Source: Zancudomyces culisetae HAW-14-8 (taxonomy: Eukaryota > Fungi > Kickxellomycota). From it: a stretch of 64,000 bases of DNA. The stretch lies in the NCBI GenBank assembly GCA_052426225.1, contig JBNJNM010000011.1, positions 4,402,001-4,466,000 of the forward strand. Direction: 5' to 3'. This document shows positions 49,327-60,398 of this stretch, in pieces; within the stretch, counting starts at the first letter, position 1, and every line of letters begins with the position of its first letter. The notes under the pieces were generated by a model. The model saw only the letters and a list, made by a program, of their open reading frames with translations, was not told the DNA's origin and ran no database searches. The position numbers and the translations under genes are program-made.

Positions 49327-51682
49327 TGTACACTCATCGTATGAATTTTTTCCAAATTGACTAACAAGCTAAAGAGGATATTGCTATAACGGATGCTTTT
49401 TTCTAAAAAAAAAAAAAAAACGGTTCTGAAAAATCTAGTACTTTTGGCAAAAATCACTAGCCCTGCCTTTATCAGTTTGTTTTGTTTGGCCTGATTTCTG
49501 CATTAGATTACGATTAGAGTAATTTTGTATTGTTTCTATTTGCTTAGATTTTTTATGGTTAAGTGGTTTGAGGTCAAATAACCTAAATTGTAAAGCGGAT
49601 CCATAAATCAAAAAAAGCTGTTGCCAAAAAAAAAGAAGCTGAAAGAAAAGTTTGTTGTTAAGAAGATCAGTAGTAACAAAAACAAGAGGCAAGTTTTGCG
49701 AGTTTTAAGAGCAAAGTTTTGAAAAATGGTTGGCAATTAATCACCTCCACGCTCTGAGATATGAACTTTTACGAGACATTTGTTGCGACTTTGTGTTAAT
49801 TATTGTTGACTAGAGCTTTTACCTAGCTTTTATTGATGTGTGTTTTGCTTTTATAAGATCATGCCAAACCTTAAAAGGTGAAAAAATTCTTTTATGCTCA
49901 TATATCCGTGAACTAAAAATCCAAGTCAAGAAAAAACGTATGATTTTTTTGAAGCAAAAGCCGGAAGCAGCAAGAAAAGATAAGGTAAAAAAACACCATT
50001 TTGGTTTATTCACTATTTTTTTTGGAGGGGTGGTGTTTATGGCATAATGTAACCCGATATACAAAAAAAAACCATGATACCATATGCTATGTTTTTGTCA
50101 ATTATCAAAAACGCATTTTGACTTAGTTATAATGTGGTGCTTCATTTGCTAAAAGCAAGTGTGTGCTATTTTGGCAGTGAAGACAGTTTATAAGCGTCTT
50201 ACGCTAGCTACATACACTGAATAACGAAAACCCAAGTGGAAGTGTGCATTTATCAGAGTGTGGCATATACTGTGCACATAATTAGCATGATTTTAACATT
50301 TGATCTCTCTGAGGAACGACCTTACTATGTTATATTAACAAGGGTTTGCATTTTAAAGGTCTTAACTGTAATAGTATCCAACATTTTTCGGCGTTATACA
50401 AAAAAACAAAGCGGGTAAAGAGTGCACAAACGGACTCACGGGTATTTGTTATAGCAAAGACTTTTTTATGTAATAAAGTATATAGTGGTGAACTTCGTGC
50501 TGGCCAGCATGTTTCTATTTATTTGAAATATATGTCAATAAAAGATACCACCAGCTTCTACACAAATTTAGAGTATCCCGAAAAGGATATATTAACATGT
50601 ATTTGTTAAACTAGCACATCCCAGAAATGGTATGCAGGCGGAATTTAACATGATATCGTGTGATGTAGACAGTAACTGTTGAGTTGAGCTAAAGCTTAAA
50701 TACAAACCCACGAAGATGTATTGGTGTTAGAGGCTGCTTAATTTGGAAAATACTAACCACGAATATTCGGAAATGTTTAAACAAAAAAAAAAAGCTCGGA
50801 AAATTAACACAAAGAAAAGTAGCTGCTTTAGCTGGAGGCTGCAAACGAAAGCGTAACTTTTCAAATTAAACACTTTGTTGTCGTTTTGTCATTAAATTGT
50901 GATTTCAAGGATTCTATTTATAGCGTGTAATTTGTAATTGATCTATGACTTGCTTTTGTAGCGATTTATAAAAGTGGGATATTTGATTAGTTTAATTTAT
51001 CAAAAAAATATGTGCAATTTGAGTTTGTGAACAAGAGGAAGAAAAGCTACTTGTTTTAGCAATTGCTTTTATATTAAACAAAACTAGTTTACATAAAACT
51101 AACATTTGGTTGCGACAAAGGGAATAAAATATCAGTTGCAATTAAAAACGGTGCCAAAAGAAAGAAAATAAGGTACGGAAAATTAGAAAAAAAGAAAAAA
51201 AGAAAAAAACTGAAACTTGAAATCCAACCTAATTACTTTGCCATTAGAGGAAAAAGCAGAATTCCGAAAGTACAGCCAGCAACCAGCAGCCAGCAGCCAG
51301 ATACCATCAAGTGTAAATAAAAAACATTTAGTAAATCAGTGTATGATGGCAGGAAAAAATGCTAGATTTAATTACCAGTGAAAAACAACAATAAATAAAG
51401 CCATAAAGAAAACAAAAGGTGATAAACTGTTATATTTCCTTTATGTCTAAGGAGGATATGGTGGAAAAAATACAAAATATTTTTTTTCAGTATCTATAAG
51501 AAAAGGACGTGAATAAAGTGTGGAGTGAGAAAGAATAAAACCAAACCTATCCTGTTAATATAGATATAGAAGAAACAACACCAAAACATTTAAACTACGA
51601 AGTGGCGAATAGCGAATAGGGAGCAGCGAATAGAAAAAAGGCTGATAAAGTGGTAGAGTGGTAGAATAATATAATAGAAATA

Positions 51683-52387
51683 ATGGAGGTACATAGGGTT
51701 GTGGTACTGGGGGATGGGGGTGTCGGAAAGACAGCATTAACCATCCAGTTATGTTTAAATCACTTTGTAGAAACATACGACCCAACAATAGAAGATTCGT
51801 ATAGAAAACAAGCAATAGTAGATCAGAAACCATGTATTATAGAGGTGTTAGATACGGCGGGGCAAGAGGAGTATTCAGCCCTTAGAGACCAGTGGATTAG
51901 AGATGGCGATGGATTTTTGCTGGTATATTCAATTACAGCAAGATCTTCTTTCGAAAGAGTGGCTAAAATAAGGGAACAAATCTACACATCGAAAAACCGA
52001 GACAAAGTGGCGATAGTATTAGTGGGAAACAAGAGCGATCAGGCTTTGGAGCGAGAAGTAACAACAGCAGAAGGTTTGGTGATGGCATCCAGCCAATATC
52101 TCGATTGTAAATTTGTGGAAACCTCGGCAAAGAAATACATTAACGTGGAGGAGGCGTTTTTCGAGGTGGTTAGGGAAATACGCTCTTTAAAGCAGAAAAA
52201 ACAAAGTCCTGAGGGGGGTTACAGAGGGAATGTCAATGAAAGGGGGTCTAGCTATAAAAACAAAAACAAATCCGATATTGCACAAAACCGGGACCCACAA
52301 GGTTTGGATAGGGGTCCCAGCTCAAAAACAACCCCGCACCAGGCCAAGAAATCGAGAAATAGAAAACTCAAATGTGTTATTTTATAG
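51683..52387 (+). CDS. RAS2: Ras GTPase, fungal Ras2/RasB type
   Basis: GDGGVGKTALTIQL, YDPTIEDSY, DTAGQEEY, NKSD, ETSAK; CAAX box CVIL. Confidence 0.96.
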   Translation: MEVHRVVVLGDGGVGKTALTIQLCLNHFVETYDPTIEDSYRKQAIVDQKPCIIEVLDTAGQEEYSALRDQWIRDGDGFLLVYSITARSSFERVAKIREQIYTSKNRDKVAIVLVGNKSDQALEREVTTAEGLVMASSQYLDCKFVETSAKKYINVEEAFFEVVREIRSLKQKKQSPEGGYRGNVNERGSSYKNKNKSDIAQNRDPQGLDRGPSSKTTPHQAKKSRNRKLKCVIL

Positions 52388-52478
52388 CGTCAAAAAGTGT
52401 AGTAGATATGCATCCATTTATTCGATCATTTGTTAGAGATAAAACATAAAAATGTCACTAAAAATAAAATAACTTTAT

Positions 52479-53459
52479 TTATTTGTTCAAAACGAAGGCA
52501 GTTCCAGCAGCAATGTTGGATTTGATAGCAACAACAGCCTCCTTGATCAGCTCAGCCTCTCTAGCACCTGGCTTATCATGTGGTGCAATTCCATCTACAC
52601 CATCTGGACCCAAAGCCACTGGCAGAGAGAAGTGTGAAAGACCAGTAACGCCGATGTGTGCGGCGCTCTCGGCAGCTGATGGGTGAGCATCGAGATCAAT
52701 GTAAGAGCACTCAGAGGCTGGTCTACCCTTGACGGCAGCTATGAGTGAAGAGACAAAGCGGGAACCAGCATAGGCCATGGAGAGGGTGGCAGAGCCTTCT
52801 CCATTCTTTGCCTTGACAACCTCATCACCACCAAATTGGATACGGTGAGTCAATGCATCAACCTCCTCTGTAGATAGGTTGAGCTCAGCAGCCAATGATG
52901 ACAAGATGGGGATGATGGTGTTTCCAGAGTGACCACCGATGACTGTGACTGAGCGGCTACAGCTGAATTCAGGGCGAATATCTCGGATAAAGCGGGATGA
53001 TCTGACAACGTCAAGTGTTGTTACACCAAACACACGTCGTGGATCATATACACCATTCTTCTTGAGCACCTCAGCAGCGATAGGTACAGTTGAGTTGACT
53101 GGGTTGGAGATAATGCACACAAACGCCTTTGGGCAGGCCTCGGCGACAGCTTGTACCAGATCTCTGACGATTCCGGCATTGATGTTGAACAAATCATCTC
53201 TAGTCATTCCTGGCTTTCTTGGAACTCCAGCGGGAATAACTACTATTTGCATTCCTTCCAAGCACTCCTTAAGCTGTGTAGCGCCCTGGAAAGTCTTGAC
53301 TTCAGAGTCGGTGTTGATGTGTGAAACATCAGCTCCTACCCCTGGACAGCGCACAATGTCATACAAGTGAAGCTTAGTGATCTCAGTGTTTAGCTTCAAC
53401 AAGAGGGAGATTGGTTGACCAATACCGCCTGCTGCTCCAAGAACTGCTACTGCTACCAT
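52479..53459 (-). CDS. MDH: NAD malate dehydrogenase, no obvious targeting peptide
   Basis: [53 protein letters not shown]. Confidence 0.97.
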   Translation of the reverse strand: MVAVAVLGAAGGIGQPISLLLKLNTEITKLHLYDIVRCPGVGADVSHINTDSEVKTFQGATQLKECLEGMQIVVIPAGVPRKPGMTRDDLFNINAGIVRDLVQAVAEACPKAFVCIISNPVNSTVPIAAEVLKKNGVYDPRRVFGVTTLDVVRSSRFIRDIRPEFSCSRSVTVIGGHSGNTIIPILSSLAAELNLSTEEVDALTHRIQFGGDEVVKAKNGEGSATLSMAYAGSRFVSSLIAAVKGRPASECSYIDLDAHPSAAESAAHIGVTGLSHFSLPVALGPDGVDGIAPHDKPGAREAELIKEAVVAIKSNIAAGTAFVLNK

Positions 53460-54528
53460 TTTCGTTTGTTTGTTTGTTTGTTTGTTTTCTTTTGTTGGTA
53501 CTTTTGCCTTTTTTTCTACTGACACAAATAAAGTATTTTTTACAACTATTTTAGCTAAGAGTGTACCTTAAAGACAACTTTTGTTTATGTTTTCAGTTAT
53601 TTTTATACTCAAAAAAAAAATTAAAAAAAATCTAAACCCGCCATACCTTTCACTTTAACTTTCACCATTTTTTTTTGAAGCAAACTAAAAACATGCACAT
53701 ATGTTGAGGAATTTTGATTTGCCATCGTAATCAATTTAGTACGCACTGCGTTGAAAAATAGCCTTGCTTTGATTTCATGAAATCTGTTGATTGGATGCTA
53801 AAATATATTCGCAGAACAACTGGGTCTTATCTTTAAATAGTTGCGCTTTACAAAACTCTGCACCCATTTTTCATATGGTGATGAAAAGCATCATATTCTC
53901 ATTTTCATTTTTGGTGCAATTCGCACTGCATTTGCTTGAAATAGAAAGACCAGGGCAGTTAATTGTATGATGGAGGGTCGAATTGAATTTAGCGAAAACC
54001 AATACCACTTATCGTATCAAATGGGAAAAGTATTGCCTTACCTGATAACCTGCATTTGATTTGATAAAACTAATAAGCACACCTTTCTATGATTGCAAAG
54101 ATCACCAGTTTTTTGATAGTGGAGGAAATAGTGCACTGATATTCCTGAACAACGCTTTTTGTAAAATGGGTTGGCTTGTGGGTCTACAAGGAGCGATGTT
54201 GTTTTTCCCTTACCCAATTCTCACATTGCTATTTTTGTCTTCAATTGAGCTATCAAATGTTATCACAGTATATTTTGCTCGTTTTCGGATTTAGTACACA
54301 TGCAGATGGAACAAAAACCTGATGTTTATTTAAATTCTTTGTTCAATAGAAAAGGTGCTGTGTACAGGCATCAAGCGCTGATTTTCTTAGCAATTAACAT
54401 AATTCACAAGTGACCTGTTTTTATTCTTCCCCCCCCCCCCAAAATGAAAATCTTGCACGATTGGAAATGGGGATGTAGTACAGCATTTCGGGCTGAGCTG
54501 GGTTTGGAAAAGTTCTAGTTGGCTGAAT

Positions 54529-54552
54529 GATAGATAGATAAATAGATAGATA
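54529..54552. repeat. (GATA)n microsatellite, imperfect
   Basis: gatagatagataaatagatagata. Confidence 0.7.
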
Positions 54553-55593
54553 AGCAAATAAATAAATATTGAGATGATGGAGTTACAGCAAAGTAAAGAT
54601 GCTAGATGAATTATAGTAGAAGAAAGGCTATATCAGACTTTGTATTGGCCAGGCACCAATGTTTTAGAGTCCTATAAAAAAATCAACATCAGTATTTGTG
54701 AATGTATCTCTACAACCTGCTCCGTTTGTCTTTGCCAAAGACGAGTTGTACAAACCCATATGTTTATCCTGGCCACTTAAAGAGATAAAGTTTGTTGATA
54801 CCCATGAGTGCATTGATTTTAGTTACTCCAAGTGCAGGCTTAAAAGTAATAATGATAGAAAAGAGGTGGTTAAACTGTTTAGCAGCTTGCTGCTGTTCCT
54901 GAGGTGCTGGTAATAGAGTACAAAAATGCCTTTTACAGCATCAGGTATTTTTTAATTTGAGTCTTGTTTTAAAGTAAGGGCTATTTAGTTCAAGTGAAAG
55001 TGGATAGTTAGAATGAGCTGTATAGAGCCCCGCAAGGGTTGTTAATTGAGTATTCAGTGTTTTTCTTTACTTGAACCTTACCTTGATGCGACACACCATA
55101 CTCTACTCTGTTTAAACACACTGATGGTTCGTTTATCCGAGTGTTGTAGAGTTTGCGAGGGGTGTTACAAGGAAAGAATATGTTTTAAGGTAAAGATAGA
55201 ATAAGACCAAGGGAAAAAGTAAATGATCAATGGTCGCGTTACACTGTTGAATGTGCTTAAACCACAACTACACTAGGTCTTATGAGCATCTACTTTCTCT
55301 CGTATTCAGCAACAGGAGCGGGAGGGGACAAAAAAATTTTTTTTTTCAAATTTCAGAAGTTTCTATTGGAGATTGCCTTAATTAGGTCAAATGATTAAAT
55401 CAGCCATAGAATCAAAAGCACCAAAGCTAAAAAGTTGAAGATTAATTTCAGGTAGTATTCGAATCACAAGATAGTAATCAGCTACACTGCATCAACTGGA
55501 TACTGTACATCTCCATCGCAAAGACAGGATATAGTAACGATTATATAATAAGCTCCTGTTTCTAACTATATACATCGAATCAAGAAAAAAAGA

Positions 55594-56242
55594 ATGCTAA
55601 AGTATATAAAGAAAGTTGACGTAAAAATATCACCATTCAAGAGAGGCTCAGTTTCCTCAAGGTAAGTGTTCTTTATTCAAAAGTTGAGTATATTTTTATT
55701 TATTTTTTAATTCTATGCGATAAAGCGTAATGCGCAACACGCCTACTTTCTAGTACTTGATAAGCGAATTTTAAGATAATCTGAAGTAAAATGCGAAATA
55801 TCCTATACTCATAAAATGTGTTTTGGTAGGGTGTTTTTGGAACGAATCATGAACAAAGATAATGTGAGCAGCAACCCAACTTGTATGTTCAACGTTGAAA
55901 CAGACAGTGACAGTTCAAAGGGAAAATCGTCAGTATATGTAGAATTCAGTAAGTCTACTCATGTATTTTATCACTTATCTCCTATGGACATAAATTGAGC
56001 TTTACTCGTATTTCCGCCGGTATAAATTTGTGTCATAATTGGCAACATCGCTACAGCTAGATAAAAACATGAGCTTCTCGAAATTAAAAGACTTTTATTA
56101 ATACACCTTGTTGAACTGATTATTTATAGAAGACGGAAAGCAAATACAGATGCCAGGAAATAAAATGAGCGCCGATGAAATGTATAATACAGTCTTCAAA
56201 CACGCAAAGAAGCTGATGCAACAGGATGAAATGAACAGATAA
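55594..56242 (+). CDS. MRPL44: Mitochondrial ribosomal protein mL53 (MrpL44), 3 exons: 55594-55661, 55830-55948, 56130-56242
   Basis: Only a fragment appears in the ORF track. The spliced product MLKYIKKVDVKISPFKRGSVSSRVFLERI...SSVYVEFKDGKQIQM...EMYNTVFKHAKKL matches the mL53 pattern (v.v.fnPF...aR.fl...v.v.fkDG); both donors are GTAAGT. Confidence 0.88.
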
Positions 56243-56532
56243 TTTAACATTCTTTTTTTTTCATAAGCTTTGATAGTCATAGTGCAATTAGTCACTAGAA
56301 TTAGAATAAAAAACAACCAGCTATTTTGATAAAATGGAGTTTGGACCGATTCCCTGCTAATCTTTATCCAACTTGCCATATAAGCCGTGCAACATTAACC
56401 CAATGATTTTTTTTTTGCGTATTTTCGAAATGTATTACATCATCCAAAATAAAAAAAACACAAAGCAAGAAAATTTTGGTTTAACTAAAAACGGGTCTCC
56501 TACGTTAAAAAGTAAATAGATAGATCAAACCA

Positions 56533-58647
56533 ATGGTGCGAGAAGTAGTAATAGTATATGCGACAGCAACAGGTACTGCTGAGGAGCTGGCAGGTGAGGT
56601 GTATCGACAGCTGTATGGTATTGGGGTGCAGGCAAAGGTAGTGAATATTAAATCGCTAACAACTCTAACACCAAAATCAAAATCTACAAATACCACCGGG
56701 GGTAAAGAGAATCCTGCAGATGAATGGTACAATAAGCTATATGTCTTTTTAGTTGCAACTAGTGGGCAGGGAATAGAGCCCCCAGACATGCGATACTTTT
56801 GGCACCGTTACCTACTACGCAAATCCCTTATACTGATACCGGATACACTGGATACTTCAAATGGGCGAATACCAACACACAGACTTCAATACTGTGTGTT
56901 TGGATTGGGTGACAGTAGCTATGAGTTCTACAATTTTGCTGCAAAAAAACTAGACAAGCGGTTGGGTCTGGTAGGCGGCGAACGGATAGGAGCTCTAGGC
57001 TTAGGCGATGACCAGCATTATTGGGGAGTGTATGGGGGGTTTCTACCATGGGTAGATAGGTTACGCGAGTACATCTCAAAGAATTTGGGAGAGTACAAGA
57101 ACGTTCATGTTGGTATAGACGTTGGGCACGGAGGCATGGTTCCTGTGCTCAACAGATTGCCAAGTGAAGAGGAGCTAGAAAAAGAGATGAGTACTGATGT
57201 GTGGAACGGTAGCGAGCTGGACGAACAGTATTACAATGCGCAGGTCGTAGATAATAAACTAATCACGGACCAAGCCCATGAGTTTGACGCGATACGTAAA
57301 ATTCAGCTAAATCTTACAGTCAACAATCGCAAGAATGAAGTTGCAGAGTACCTACCTGGAGATGTAATTGAAATACATCCACAAAACAGTGATGAGGCAG
57401 TAGTACGGCTGATGGAAAGGTTAGGACTTGTATGCGCAAGTGATCAAAACAAGTGTATGGATGCTAGTGGTTGGATGGACGAGGCAAAGGAGCGTGTTAT
57501 TAAACATGTACTGAAATACCGGGTGGATTTGAATGCAGTTGCTCGCCAAACAACCATCCGTATGCTATCACAATTTATCACCAATCGTGGTTTTGAAAGT
57601 GAAAGTGAAAGCGTGTTGGCAATGAAAATTGACAAATTCCGAAAGCTAGGCGAATTTCAAGAAATCGACGAGTATTATCGATACGTGGTGCGCCCTAAGC
57701 GGAATATTTTGGAGGTATTGGAAGACGATTTTGGGGAATTGGAATTTGATGTGCGAAGTGTCGGAGAATATCTACTGGATATTTTACACCCTCGGCTTGT
57801 CGGGCGGCAGTACTCGATAGCAAACTATCCCCAATTTTCTGCAGATAGCATGGTAGATATTATTGTAGGAATCGTCAAGTACAAGAACAATTTGCGGAAA
57901 AAGAAAGTAAGCGGTAGTGAGGATGACACATGTTGGATTATGGGAACATGTTCAAGATATGTAGATGATGTGGGGAAAGGAGGACAGATGGAGATAGGGA
58001 AAGAAATAGTAGTCAAACTTGTACGCAATCGGGTTGATGGGTTTAAGTTGCCACCAGCCATTATTACCGATGGACTAGCGAATACTGATGGTGGATACAG
58101 AATTCTACTGATAGCTACGGGGACAGGGATTTCACCTATGATATCGATTATGGACTATATCTATTACAAGTATTATTGCGGAAGCGATGGAGAAAAGGGG
58201 AAAGTAAAGGTGTGGTTGATATATGGATGTCGTAAATACTTGACGGAGGGACGGTACTACGAGGAAGAAATTCTTAAAAAGAGATATAATGGCCAAATGG
58301 TGTATGATATGGCATATTCACGGGAGGCAAGGAGCGAATTATACAAACACAAGTACGTAACGGATATAATGGATGAATATCAACAACAGATATACGAGGA
58401 ATATTTGGCTAGCTCAGAACCAGGTTCAGAGGCAGCATTTGGATCAAATTCGGATTTGGGATACGTTTATGTGTGTGGATCATTAAAGGTGACCAGGAGT
58501 GTTTGTGAGAAGTTGGAGCTTATTAAAAGTCGGTATAAGGACAAAGATAAAAGCATATGGGATAATAATAATAAGAAATCTAACAATAATAGCAACACTA
58601 AAAGTAAAAATAAGGTGAAGCGGATCCAAGTGGAAAGCTGGGAATAA
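56533..58647 (+). CDS. TAH18: NADPH-dependent diflavin oxidoreductase Tah18/NDOR1
   Basis: Flavodoxin YATATGTAE, ATSGQG..P, FGLGDSSY..YNFAAKKL, GDDQH; FAD/NADPH RQYSIA, GTGISP, YGCR, AYSR, YVYVCG; terminal ESW. Confidence 0.92.
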   Translation: MVREVVIVYATATGTAEELAGEVYRQLYGIGVQAKVVNIKSLTTLTPKSKSTNTTGGKENPADEWYNKLYVFLVATSGQGIEPPDMRYFWHRYLLRKSLILIPDTLDTSNGRIPTHRLQYCVFGLGDSSYEFYNFAAKKLDKRLGLVGGERIGALGLGDDQHYWGVYGGFLPWVDRLREYISKNLGEYKNVHVGIDVGHGGMVPVLNRLPSEEELEKEMSTDVWNGSELDEQYYNAQVVDNKLITDQAHEFDAIRKIQLNLTVNNRKNEVAEYLPGDVIEIHPQNSDEAVVRLMERLGLVCASDQNKCMDASGWMDEAKERVIKHVLKYRVDLNAVARQTTIRMLSQFITNRGFESESESVLAMKIDKFRKLGEFQEIDEYYRYVVRPKRNILEVLEDDFGELEFDVRSVGEYLLDILHPRLVGRQYSIANYPQFSADSMVDIIVGIVKYKNNLRKKKVSGSEDDTCWIMGTCSRYVDDVGKGGQMEIGKEIVVKLVRNRVDGFKLPPAIITDGLANTDGGYRILLIATGTGISPMISIMDYIYYKYYCGSDGEKGKVKVWLIYGCRKYLTEGRYYEEEILKKRYNGQMVYDMAYSREARSELYKHKYVTDIMDEYQQQIYEEYLASSEPGSEAAFGSNSDLGYVYVCGSLKVTRSVCEKLELIKSRYKDKDKSIWDNNNKKSNNNSNTKSKNKVKRIQVESWE

Positions 58648-58652
58648 AAAGA

Positions 58653-60398
58653 CTACTTGATTTTGACGAGGTCGATTTTTGGGGAAGGAATAGATTCGCC
58701 ATACTGTAGAAAAGACTGGAGGGTTGGGAAAGAACGCTCGAACTGGGAGCTGTGGACGTTAGGATCATAGTTAGGGTTATCTGTCGAGTTCTGGGCGAGT
58801 TTGGAACTAGCATCGCCGGTACCTGTAAGCGTGGTTTCTGCGTGTCCAAGATCAACAACATTGCCTTGCATATCGATACCATTGATGCTACGGGATGAAA
58901 TCAGCTTGAGGGGAATATGACCAATTAGTTTTTTGGACAATCCGCCAACGAACCCAACGGTAGAAATAGTAACCTCAAGGTTGTACTCGAAATCCATAAA
59001 TACAGAAGGCACAGGGCTAAGCTCATCGGCTGTGGGGAGCTGCAGCTTAATACGAGCGTATCGGTACGAGTCATTAGCCAACAAGCCGCCAAGTGCGACG
59101 GGCACCATCTGTACGCGATCGGAACCACCTTGTCCGCGATTTGCACGCTTCATTTCTTGCAGTCGCGATGCAGTGGACAGCTGCATTTTAGACATGGTGG
59201 CGGTCATCCCTTTGGTCGAAGAGTTCATGCCAGCCGTACTCATTCTGCTAGACATTGTAGACGTCATGCCCGCCTTGCTACCACTTCGGGCGATTGACTT
59301 TGCATCACTTACTGAACCCAAGTTAGTGAACATAAAGCGACCCATCGATCCCAGTTCAGTCTGCACACTGCTTTTGGTCAGCTTGACAAAATCAATCGGC
59401 TCCCTGGGTGTGATATCGCGTCGCATCTTCCACAGTGTGGGGATCTCAGATTCATCAATTGTAGGTGCGGATGACTTGCGGCATCGGATTTCCTCAACCA
59501 CTGCACAGTTTCCAGGTTTCAGCGACTTATTTCCTGCCAGTAGCAACAACACATCAATTTCCTCCCCAGGAATATAACTAGGATATGGCTGGAATACAAT
59601 TGCCTCCATGGCCACCTTTCCACTTCCACTGCCATCCTCGTCCTTCTTACTGCGCTCACGGAGTTGCAGTGTTGTGCGGAATGGCGCCGACCCCTTGCTA
59701 ATTTCACACCCCTCCATAATCGTTGGAAATACCTTGATTTCTTTCTCAGGTGTCTTGTAGATCTCCTTCATGAACTTCCTACCCTGGTCGCTCCGTGCCT
59801 CGCTGAATATCACTGCACGAACTAGATATCTTATTCTGTAGTTGTCAGTGTTACGGCTCACTGGCATGTTGACTTCCGGCATCTTTACCATAAAATGAAA
59901 CGTTTGTGCGTCCTGGCTATCCAGTATGGTCACCTGTGCACGCCGCTTACTGCCCCACAACACTACCTCCTCCTTGAAAAACACCTTGCTCATCCACTCC
60001 CCTCCCTTCTTGCTCAGCTCCTTTAATGTATCTCCTTTAGCACCTCCCATGCTCACCTTGGTCACACCTCCTCCCTCGGCTTCTGATGCTTCTGAAGCTG
60101 GAGTCTCGAGTGGGATTGTTCTTACTTCCTCAATCCCATGGTACTGCAGTTCGATAAAAGTTGCCGCAAGTGGTGAATCTAGCTTCAATACCACAGTCCC
60201 TAGTTTATACATTCAATCATATTTACAGTTACAGTTACAGTTACAGTTACATTTCTACTAAGGTTAACACCAATACCACCTTTAATAGACTAGACTTTAT
60301 GCAAATATCTTACCTTGTACAGTTCCATTTGGTTTAGTATTCGGTGCCTTGCTCCCGTAAGCCGGAAACATCACTTCAAAATGCGCCACCCCAGACAT
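58653..60398 (-). CDS. Arrestin-fold (alpha-arrestin-like) protein (exons 60398-60314, 60199-58653)
   Basis: PNGTVQGTVVLKL...IELQYHGIE, FHFMVKMP..NMP, IRYLVRA, SYIPGE, FEYNLEV; GTAAGA...CTAG intron. Confidence 0.8.
60222..60250. repeat. (TTACAG)n hexamer repeat inside the arrestin-gene intron
   Basis: ttacagttacagttacagttacagttac. Confidence 0.85.

Noticed and set aside
53460-53525. N-terminal extension of MDH from a GTG start, or a readthrough PTS1
   Set aside because: The extension is just an A-rich (CAAA)n leader. The stop is TAA and readthrough gives IKLFYF, not a PTS1.
54925-54945. U5 snRNA loop-1 word GCCTTTTAC
   Set aside because: The flanks do not form the U5 stem that should present this loop.
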